Made by a program: the position numbers and the translations under genes. The notes under the pieces were generated by a model. The model ran no database searches and was not told the origin of the DNA. It saw only the letters and a program-made list of their open reading frames with translations. DNA of 63,309 nt, filler included, from Pirum gemmata (Eukaryota): assembly GCA_002812295.1 (NCBI GenBank). It is 27 parts of 27 records of this genome, joined end to end, with 100 filler letters (N's around TTAATTAATTAA, not from the genome) between each part and the next. Parts side by side here need not be neighbours in the genome. Positions count along the whole stretch, not along the records: positions 51,711 to 53,796 come from PDIN01008519.1; positions 53,897 to 56,786 come from PDIN01008520.1; positions 56,887 to 58,953 come from PDIN01008521.1; positions 59,054 to 61,118 come from PDIN01008522.1; positions 61,219 to 63,309 come from PDIN01008523.1; 22 more parts are not named here. One strand, written 5' to 3'. Shown in pieces: positions 53,408-63,309 of the stretch. Position 1 is the first letter of the stretch. Each line of letters opens with the position of its first letter.

Positions 53408-55821
53408 GTAATAAGAAAACTTCCAATAATAAAAATAAGTAATTAGTAATCATAAAACATGATAGACAATTGATGTAAACGTTATAAAAGTTATAAATAG
53501 TAATAATGATAAGTAAATAATGAAACAATAAACAATAAATAATAAATTGAAGCAAAAAGTAAAATGTTTGGTAATCAATGTGAAAAAGTGTACATGGATA
53601 AAAAAAAGTAATAAGCAACAATAAAATGATAAATTCAAAATGATAAGAAAATAATTAATAAAATAACAACAATTAATAAATAACAATTAAATGATAAATG
53701 ATTAATGAAAAATTATATAAAGGCAATGGATAATAAAATAAATAATAAATAATAAATAATAAATAAATAAATAATAAATAATAAATAATAAATAATNNNN
53801 NNNNNNNNNNNNNNNNNNNNNNNNNNNNNNNNNNNNNNNNTTAATTAATTAANNNNNNNNNNNNNNNNNNNNNNNNNNNNNNNNNNNNNNNNNNNNCCCC
53901 TTTCCTTTTCCCTGCATTTCCCCTGCTTTTACCATGATTCCCCTGCTTTTTCCCTGTTTTTCCCTGTTTTTCCCTGTTTTTCCCTTTCATTTTCCTTTCA
54001 TTCTTCCCTGTATTTTTTCGATGTGACCCCCTTCCCCTGCGTTTTTTGATCTATTCCATGTACTTTGGACACCCTTCATTTTGTTATTATTTATTGCTTG
54101 TTATTTGTTGTTTGTTGTTATCATTTTACTAATTTGTATGTGCCAATTAAACAATTGCTAATATGTATATAATATTTGAATAGCTTTTTATGAATGAATT
54201 TCTAAATCGGGATCACGCAGAACGGTTAGAGAGTACAAGTATCAATATTATAACTGTCGTGTGAGCTAAAAAACAAAACAAAAAAGAAATTCTTAACTTT
54301 ATTTATTATTATTAATACTATTTGTCTGTGCGGCCATATTTTTCAACCATTTCAAACACCTTAAAATGATAATTTGGTAGGTTTTAGTTTAAAATGCTTT
54401 ATTTGGTAATAATTTGGTATGTTATAGAGTAAAATACTTTATTTTGGTTGATTTGGTACCTTTTTAGTTTCAAAAATGCTTTTTGGTTGTAAAACTCATT
54501 TATGAAGTCATAATTAAGCCATATTACATTTATGACATCATAATTACGTAAAATTTGATAAGATTAATATTGGTTTAACATTAAATAGTCTTATAAAACT
54601 AGTAAATGCATAGTTCTTTTGGTGAATAACTTTTACTTGATTCCAAAATTATAGATCGTGAGAGTTACTATTGTACTATATATTGTCGTCCTTTATATTT
54701 GTGTGTAGGGTTACGGTTAGGGTTACATATCCTTACATTATTTACACTTAAGCGATTGGTGAAGGTGATACAAGACATTGCGGCCGAGTTCCAGCACATT
54801 TTAATTATTACTTTTTTTTTTTATATAAGTTTACTCACTAGCTAAGAGGTTCACACTATCCGGCTTACCTTTCTCCTACCCATCCTTGGGTGGGTCCTGA
54901 CTTTTCGTTTTAACACCTTAGGTTCTATGATTGTTGGGCATGTTTTCTATTATTTATGTGTTGAGGAAGTTCACCCATTGCTGAGCTACCTCTCTTTTTT
55001 TTTTTTTTTTTTTTTAAGTTTTTAGCTACATCCCCCTGACGGTCACCTACGAGACTCGGACCGCGACATTCGAGTTGGTTTCAATTGGTGGGTTAACCAC
55101 GGGGCCACTATCCCTCCCCTGATGGTCACCTGTAGTCTACTAGCTATAGTCTATATATAGCTAGCATCTCTAGCTAGTAGTACGATGCAAGGTGGTACAA
55201 GACATTGCGGTCACAATGCGGTGGTGTTCTGCAGTGCTCCAGCACATCTGCTGCATTTTTTTTTTTTTCTTTCTTTTTCTCTACATCTTTATTAGAAAAT
55301 ATATTTGTTTTAATTAATTAAATGTTTTGTCGTTTTCATCCCTACTTTCTAACAAAATACACTTTTTTATTTTACAGTATGCTACCGGTATTACAGCGAT
55401 ACATCTTTCAAAAAAATTTACAAATATAGAAATTATTATTCCTCATTTTCCTTTTTTTTAAAATTAAAGCAAAAAAAAGTAAAATATTTAGTTTTCTTGA
55501 TGCTTATAATGGCTTTAATAAAAGAATACATTACTAATATTGGAACTTGATTTTATCAATTTAAATTAATATATTTTGATATATACAATATATTGTAATA
55601 TTATATATGTTGTATAATTATATCAGTATATTATTATTATTATTATTTTGTGTTTTTACTCTGCGAACTTGGTATTTTTAGAGGAGTGGCATTTAAATAA
55701 TATATTATACTTTATTAAATATAATAATAAATAAAAAATAGAACAAAAAATAAAGTAAAAAAATAAATAAATAATCATAACAATAATTTTATAATATTAA
55801 AATTAATCAATAATTAATTAT

Positions 55822-55996
55822 ATAAGAATAAGAATAAGAATAAAAATAAGAATAAGAACAAGAATAAGAATAAGAATAAGAAAAAGAATAAGAGAAAGAA
55901 TAAGAATAAGAATAAGAATAAGAATAAGAATAAGAATAAGAATAAGAATAAGAATAAGAATAAGAATAAGAATAAGAATAAGAATAAGAATAAGAA
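55822..55996. repeat. (AAGAAT)n hexamer array
   Basis: Direct observation. Confidence 0.95.
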
Positions 55997-56098
55997 NNNN
56001 NNNNNNNNNNNNNNNNNNNNNNNNNNNNNNNNNNNNNNNNNNNNNNNNNNNNNNNNNNNNNNNNNNNNNNNNNNNNNNNNNNNNNNNNNNNNNNNNNN

Positions 56099-56245
56099 AA
56101 ACCCTAAACCCTAAACCCTAAACCCTAAACCCTAAACCCTAAACCCTAAACCCTAAACCCTAAACCCTAAACCCTAAACCCTAACCCTAAACCCTAAACC
56201 TTAACCCTAAACCCTAAACCCTAACCTTAAACCCTAATCCTAACT
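56099..56245 (-). repeat. (AAACCCT)n = TTTAGGG heptamer array
   Basis: About 12 perfect units then degenerate units, ending just before an AG acceptor. Confidence 0.95.
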
Positions 56246-56249
56246 CAAG

Positions 56250-56596
56250 GCGAGGTTAACTTAGAAGGAGAAATGACCGACAAAGATGTATTCGAAGAAT
56301 TGGAGCGCTTAAAAACTTTAACAGAATATGAGCGAACGGAAATTTTAAAAACACAAACAATTAATAATACAGCTATAAATCCTGATTTAGATGCAAAAAA
56401 GTCAACCTTGTCACCGTCATCCTCAACACCAGGAGCTAATTCGAACTCTGGTGTAAAACTAGAGGAAAACGGAGTTATAGAAATAAATGGTGATGATAAT
56501 AAATTAAATAGTAATGTTAAAGTTACTACTGGTGTAGCTATAGCTAGAACTCCAAAGAAGAGAAAAATAGAAACGATAAAAGTGCTTGATAAATGG
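56250..56596 (+). CDS. Internal exon of unknown protein
   Basis: CTAACTCAAG| acceptor, open frame EVNLEGEMTDKDVFEELERLK..., donor TGG|GTGACT. Confidence 0.6.
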
Positions 56597-56945
56597 GTGA
56601 CTATTATTATTTTTTTGTTTTTTTTTGTTTTTTGTTTGTTTGTTTGTTTGTTTTGGAAGTATTTTTTTGGGTGTAGGTGTTTTTGTTATTGCTATTGTTA
56701 TTGTTGTTACTGTTGTTATTGTTGTTATTGTTGTTATTATTGTTATTGTTGTTATTGTTGTTATTGTTGTTATTGTTATTATTATTNNNNNNNNNNNNNN
56801 NNNNNNNNNNNNNNNNNNNNNNNNNNNNNNTTAATTAATTAANNNNNNNNNNNNNNNNNNNNNNNNNNNNNNNNNNNNNNNNNNNNCCGCAACCGCAACC
56901 GCAACCGCAACCCTAACCCTCCCTTTTTAATATATATATATATAG

Positions 56946-57506
56946 CGTGAAAACAAAAAAGAACATTATCGAATTATATCTCAAAATATCGAACTGAAAG
57001 CTGAACCCAAAATATTTTTTCGTCCTTCAAAACATAATGACAAAACTTTGGCTGCATTGGAGAATACTAAAACTTTATATGAAAATAAAATTAAACAATT
57101 AGATGTAGAAGCAGCAGATGAAAATAATAATAATAATCATTTTAATAACGATGATCATCATTCCGATTTAGAAGATGATGATAATAATAACAACATCAAT
57201 GATAATAACAACGCTAATAACAATAACAATAATAACAATAATAACAATAATAATGATAATAATAATGATAATAATGATAACAAGAAGGATAAAGGTAAAG
57301 ATAATGATAATGATAATGATGATGATGATGGTGATCGCGATAATAAGGAAGACAGAAAGAAGACGAAACAAAAAGATTATATTGATCCTGCTGCTGTTGA
57401 TAAAAGTAAAGAAAAAGGAAAGAAAGAAACCGAAAAGAAAACTGGGAGAAGGGGAAAAGTTGTTGATAAAGATCATATTGAAAATGATGATGATATAATA
57501 GAATAA
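56946..57506 (+). CDS. Terminal exon of pinin/SDK/memA-domain protein
   Basis: Acceptor TATAG at 56945; EHYRIISQNIELKAEPKIFFRPSKHNDKTLAALE resembles the pinin-domain end (H...L..FI.TK.EP.IFY.P), followed by an acidic tail. Confidence 0.65.
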   Translation, partial: RENKKEHYRIISQNIELKAEPKIFFRPSKHNDKTLAALENTKTLYENKIKQLDVEAADENNNNNHFNNDDHHSDLEDDDNNNNINDNNNANNNNNNNNNNNNNDNNNDNNDNKKDKGKDNDNDNDDDDGDRDNKEDRKKTKQKDYIDPAAVDKSKEKGKKETEKKTGRRGKVVDKDHIENDDDIIE

Positions 57507-57519
57507 GAACAACGTTAAC

Positions 57520-57850
57520 AATAACAATAACAACAATAACAACAATAACAATAATGGTTACTGGGGCAATGATGATAAATAGAAGGATAAAGGTAATAAT
57601 AATAATAATGATAATAATAATAATAATGATGATGATGGTAAACGAGATAATAAAAAAGATAGAAAGACTAAACAAAAAGATGGGTTAGGGTTAGGGTTAG
57701 GGTTAGGGTTAGGGTTAGGATTAGGGTAGGGTATTGATGCTGCTGCTGCTGCTGTTGTTGATACAAGTAAAGAAACGGAAAAGAAAACTGGGAGAAGAGG
57801 AAAAGTTGTTGATAAAGATAATATTGAAAATGATGATAATATAATATAAT
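57520..57850 (+). pseudogene. Degenerate tandem duplicate of the pinin 3' coding end with a TTAGGG insertion
   Basis: Collinear with ~57215-57506 (AAGAAAACTGGGAGAAG.GGAAAAGTTGTTGATAAAGAT). Confidence 0.85.
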
Positions 57851-57901
57851 AAATAAAACTAATAATAAATACATAGGGATTAAAATATAAGGCTAGCAAT
57901 A

Positions 57902-58039
57902 TCGTGTTTTTCAATAGGGTTGTCCTGTTCAAACCTGAAATAACCGTGCCAAATTATTATTATGGTTAAACTTATTGTTGTATTTTATAAACAAGTTCAA
58001 TTACACACTTAAATAGTACCAAATTAAAGATTGAGAGGA
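57902..58039 (+). mobile_element. MITE family A copy (internally deleted)
   Basis: TA|TCGTGTTTTTCAATAGGGTTGTCC start, collinear with 14852; other partial copies near 36003 and 36293. Confidence 0.8.
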
Positions 58040-59517
58040 ATATTTCTTATCTCACTTGTAGATACAGAGGAAAAGTAAATTTCCCCTCTCATAGATTCTC
58101 ATATACAATATTACCATTTTTGGATGTATGAGTATCAAACATACTAATACTAATACTAATACTATTACTAATACTAATACTAATACTAATACTAATACTA
58201 ATACTAATACTGAATGTGGCTCGATATTTTTCGAAACAAGTGTGACCGAATACTAATACTAATGCTAATACTAATACTAATACTATTACTAATACTATTA
58301 CTAATACTAATACTAAAACTAAAACTTAATACTAATACTAATACTAATACTAATACTAATACTAATACTAATACTAATACTGAATGTGCTCGATTTTTTT
58401 CGAACGTCATAACTACTCTCAGTCTTTCCAATAATTAGTAATTTAATTATGAGAGGGAAAATTCTTCTTTTCCTCAAAACCTGAATCGATGTTGGTAAAA
58501 AATAAAATAAAATAATTATATTATTATGATGTTGTCCGTGAGATACGGGAAAACGTAAACGAATCAAACAGCTCGATCCTTATTATTAAATAGTGACAAT
58601 TTTGAAAAGATATTCCTTTTTTTTCGAGTTTCAAGTTTTTTCTATGAAATTTCTAAGAATTTTTAAGAAATTTTTAATGAAATCAAAAGTGAGTCAATAC
58701 TTAAAATTAGATCGAAAAATTTCGAAAGTTTCGAATTAGTCTCGAATGGTTTTTTCCCCATCTTCCCATGCTAACCTTATACTTTAGTCTCTGTGAATAA
58801 TTATAATATAGATAGTACTTTTCAGTTTTTTTTTTGTTTTGTCATTATTTATAAAATATGCAATAAAAAAGTACCTAATTAATACAATATAAATCCATTG
58901 CAGTTAATTCGGTATATTTTATTATCTATTTATTCATTTAAAAATGTCAATTTNNNNNNNNNNNNNNNNNNNNNNNNNNNNNNNNNNNNNNNNNNNNTTA
59001 ATTAATTAANNNNNNNNNNNNNNNNNNNNNNNNNNNNNNNNNNNNNNNNNNNNTACTACTACTACTACTACTACTACTATACTACTACTACAATACTACT
59101 ACCTGTTGTTGCTGCTGGTTGTTTTAGATCACAACAGCCGTACAATTATTATCTAATAAAAATAGTATATGGAGAGGTTTGTTCTATGTTATCCTTTAAA
59201 ACTGTGAATTTTATATGTTCCTTATTTTACTACTTTTTATTAACCGTACAATTATTATCTAATGATACAGAGACAATGAGAGGTGTTTGCCCTATTTTAT
59301 GCTTTAAAACTGTTATTTTATATTTTCTTCTTTTACAATACTATGTTACAATACAATGTTATCTGACAAAACAAAAATTCTTTTTGAACTTCATAATTTC
59401 GTTATCATCGCCTTCACTAACTTCCCCGACAATAACAACAACAAGTAACCTTCTCTAAATTTCGAAACGATATTACAGTAACAATAACGATAACGATAAC
59501 AATAACAATAACAATAG

Positions 59518-59915
59518 TACAATTACAGTTACAATTACAATTACAATTACAATTACAATTACAAATACAATTACAATTACAATTACAATTACAATTACAA
59601 TTACAATTACAATTACAATTACAATTACAATTACAATTACAATTACAATTACAATTACAATTACAATTACAATTACAATNNNNNNNNNNNNNNNNNNNNN
59701 NNNNATTACAATTACAATTACAATTACAATTACAATTACAATTACAATTACAATTACAATTACAATTACAATTACAATTACAATTACAATTACAATTACA
59801 ATTACAATTATAATTATGATTACAATTACAATTACAATTACAATTACAATTACAATTACAATTACAATTACAATTACAATTACAATTACAATTATAATTA
59901 TAATTACAATTACAA
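59518..59915. repeat. (ACAATT)n hexamer array
   Basis: Direct observation. Confidence 0.95.
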
Positions 59916-60237
59916 TAACTTTAATAATTGTAATAATAATAATAATGATAATAATAATGATAATAATAATGATAATGATAAGAATAATAATAATAATAAT
60001 CATACAATAATACTAATACTAATACTAATACTAATACTAATATCAATACTAATATCAATACTGATGCTGATACTATACTATGCTAATGATAAATTTGCGT
60101 TCGTGCACTTTTGAGTGGTTATCTTTTCTCTTTACCTTTCTTCATTCTTCTACCTGACCTTCTATATCTACTGTCTCTATTCTCGTTTTTGCCTTTTAGT
60201 TCGTTGTTTTTATTTATATTAAAACTTAATTGCCCAG

Positions 60238-60944
60238 GAAACTCAAGGATAGACGAGATAAAAAAGGCCAGGGAGAAATTTAAAGATTATATTAATATAG
60301 AATACTATAGCTTTAAACCCAGTTTGAAGCAAGACATACTTGATGCACAATTTATCATAAGCCATGCTGGTATTATTGTTGTAATAGTAGTAGTAGGAAT
60401 AGTAGTAGTAGTGGTGGTGGTGGTAATAATAGTAGTAGGTAGTAGTGGGTAGACATTTATATGTTTTTTGTTACTGTATTTTTTTAATTTTTTTAAAATA
60501 ACTGCTTTGGTTTACCTGTTGCTAAACAGTTGATGTTGTAATTGCTATTATTGTAATGGTAGTAGCAATTTACATTAATATTAATGATAGTGTGGTAACT
60601 ATCGGTAGCTGTAAGTGTAGCAGTGTGATTGAAGAGTACTAGTAGTGACACTATTAGGGTTAGGGTTAGGGTGGAGTATGGTTAGGTTAAGGTCAAAGCT
60701 AGGGTTGGGGTAAGGCATGGTAGGGTTTGGTACTAGTGGAGGTGGTAGAACTGTTTTTATCTATAGCGGCAATGATTGTAATATATTTATATTGTTTTTT
60801 AATAGGATCTGGGACAACCCTGGAAGTCCTTGGTTTTGGAAAACAACTTATTATTGTAGTCAACGAAAAGTTGATGGATAATCACCAGTCAGAGTTAGCT
60901 GATGCTATGTCTGATTTGAATTATGTTATTTCTGCTTCCTGTAG
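60238..60944 (+). CDS. ALG13: UDP-GlcNAc transferase subunit ALG13, 2 internal exons
   Basis: Exons 60238-60369 and 60806-60944 give [48 protein letters not shown]. Confidence 0.92.
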
Positions 60945-60998
60945 GTATGCAACCTTTTTATTTAAGTTTATAAAATTACCCTTTTTTGTTTGTTTGTA

Positions 60999-61036
<38 letters not shown>

Positions 61037-61330
61037 TTAACAATAATAATAATAGTAATAGTAATAATAATAATAGTAATGATAGTAATAGTAATAATAG
61101 TAATAGTAATAATAATAANNNNNNNNNNNNNNNNNNNNNNNNNNNNNNNNNNNNNNNNNNNNTTAATTAATTAANNNNNNNNNNNNNNNNNNNNNNNNNN
61201 NNNNNNNNNNNNNNNNNNTTTATTTATTTATTTATTTATTTACTTACTTACTTACTTAGTTATTTATTTTAACAATTACTTTAACAATTATTTTTTAATT
61301 AATTTAATTTAATTTAATTTTTAATAATAG

Positions 61331-63189
61331 TGGAAATGTGGAATATGTCTGTAATGAAATGTATTCATTCTTAACCAAATCATTAAAAGAAATCTATATA
61401 AAACAAGCCGAACTGCCCACATCGTTCAACCAAGCTACGTTTCTCAATAAAGTCGAAAACATTTATTCCGAGCTGTATGGTGATAAAAGTAAAAAAGGAC
61501 ACCAATGTTTTGGTACCACTAGTAGTTTCTATCTGGATTTCGATTGTACCGATCTTGAAGAATTAGACGACGAAGTTAAGGAACAGGGCAGTGTTGGCGA
61601 AATTAATAATACGTCAGAAAATGACAATAGCAATAATACAACGGAAGAGAATGAAGAAAATGAAAATATTAATAATGAAAGTAACCAACATAATGTTAAT
61701 AATAACAAAGAAAAAGAGAATACTGGTAGTATGGGTGATAAGGACATTAAAGAAAGTAAAGATTTCGTTCAAGAATCTGCTGGTAAAAATCGTTCTTTTA
61801 GTCACGGCCCTTCCAGTAGGTCTAAGCGTCATAGTGGAAGCGGGTTTAGAAAATCATTCAGTGGTTTTTCTATGAAGTTACGACAAAAGAGGCAGGTAGT
61901 TGAAGAAACAACAGAAGAAGAAACAGTAACCAAAATAGAAAATAAAGAATCAACCCAAAGTGATCACTCAAAAGAACAACAGGAGAAACCAGAACAACCA
62001 CAACCACAACCGCAACCGCAACCGCAACCGCAACCGCAACCGCAACCGCAACCGCAACCGCAACAATCAGAGCAACAGCAACAATCAGAGCAACAGCAAC
62101 TCTCAACAAAAGAATCGTTAAAACAACAAGAGGTAAAACAGCAACAAAAAGAATCATCTTTATTAGAAGTAAAGTCAACACCTCAACTTATACAAGATAA
62201 ATCCCTACCAAATAAAAAGGTATCTATGGACAGAGCAAAACTTGGTACGCGTAGTAGTTCGCCGAATTTAGAAATGGGGGAAAGACGAGCTAGCCAGTTT
62301 GCCTATATTTCGGGTTTGGAAAGTAACAAACGAAGACGATTTAGTTATATTGCTGGTTTTCAAAACCCAGCAATTGGTAACGAATTAGCGTCGGAAATAC
62401 ATAATATGTTTGAATCTGATGATAACCAGGTAAATAGATTTAGTACCTTTTTTGATATGGCAAGTACGTTTGTGCTGCAGGAAAATGGTGAAGATTTGTC
62501 TTCTGAATTTAACGCTTGCATGGAAAGTGTTATCGGTAGTGATGAAAATATCAGTAATACTGAGTTACACGATTATGATGATAATGATGATGATTGTATT
62601 GATGATAAAGTTTTTGTTGATAAAATTGGTATTAGTAGTATTAGCACTGATAGTAACCCTGATATTGAGGCAGAAACTAAAAGTGACAGTTGTGATAGCG
62701 ATGGTTACATATTGGTTGACGTAAATGGAGATAAAGTTAAAGAAGAAATCGTGAAGGGGGGACTGGAAGAAATTCTAGAAGAAATGCCGGAAGAAATACG
62801 GGAAGAAATACCGGAAAAAATACCGGAAGAAATACCGGAAGAAATACTGGAAGAAATACTGGAAGAAATACCAGAAGAAAAAGCACCGGAAGAAAAAACA
62901 CCGGAAGAAAAAATACCGGAAGAAAAAATACCGGAAGATATAATACCGGAAGATATAATACCGGAAGAACAAATACCGGAAGAACAAATACCGGAAGAAA
63001 AAATACCGGAAGAAAAAATACCGGAAGAAAAAACACAGGGGGGAACAGGCGATGATCATATATTATTTGAAAAAAGTCAACTTCAAGTCCAAGATGGTAT
63101 TTCTTTTGTCATAGATGACAATGGTCAAAAATTATTGAAAGGTGGGGACTTAGCCCCTTTAGTGCATTACCTTACATCTGAAAATGCTG
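61331..63189 (+). CDS. Large exon of a probable RasGEF (start of REM domain), absent from the ORF track
   Basis: Open frame from acceptor AATAG (61330) through PQ and EE[IK]IP repeats to LLKGGDLAPLVHYLTSE, donor G|GTATTT at 63190. Confidence 0.6.
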
Positions 63190-63309
63190 GTATTTTATTA
63201 TTATTGTTTCTGTTGTTGTTAATTGTTATTATTATTGTTATTGTTATTGTTATTGTTATTGTTATTGTTATTGTTATTGTTATTGTTTTGTTTTGTTTTG
63301 TTTTATTTT

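Noticed and set aside
56273..56596. DYRK or Rtf1 assignment from LTEYERTEIL
   Set aside because: Match too short; downstream residues do not fit either family
2103..61218. Regularly spaced identical TTAATTAATTAA motif that could look like a CRISPR-like or cassette array
   Set aside because: Always centred in exactly 88 N; it is an artificial six-frame-stop contig linker

Overview
This window is not one locus. It is about 27 unrelated small contigs or scaffolds (most ~2.1 kb), joined by an artificial 100-bp spacer (44 N + TTAATTAATTAA + 44 N), so adjacency across spacers is meaningless. The source is a very AT-rich, intron-rich, microsatellite-laden eukaryote with TTAGGG-type repeats; a unicellular opisthokont or amoebozoan-like protist is an inference. 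By manual splicing I can support fragments of host genes: ubinuclein/Hpc2 (HUN domain), a Cys-rich DUF4215-repeat protein, an SR protein, RapGAP, DUF4291, DUF4395, WDR7, pinin, ALG13 and RasGEF. There are two complete intronless genes (a MINPP1/phytase-like phosphatase and a sugar porter) and two virus-like ORFs. Mobile elements include LINE, gypsy, copia and MULE remnants and at least six MITE-like families. I found no CRISPR array, rRNA or intact tRNA, and no new multi-gene system can be demonstrated from such short contigs. The best leads are (i) a giant-virus-like fibre gene embedded in a ~120-135-bp tandem array, (ii) a telomeric-repeat insertion whose empty site is preserved in an adjacent duplicate, plus telomere-like arrays at intron 3' ends, and (iii) pervasive TA-N(1-3)-TA motifs that look like accumulated transposon excision footprints. 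All family assignments are by-eye motif recognition, not database searches.
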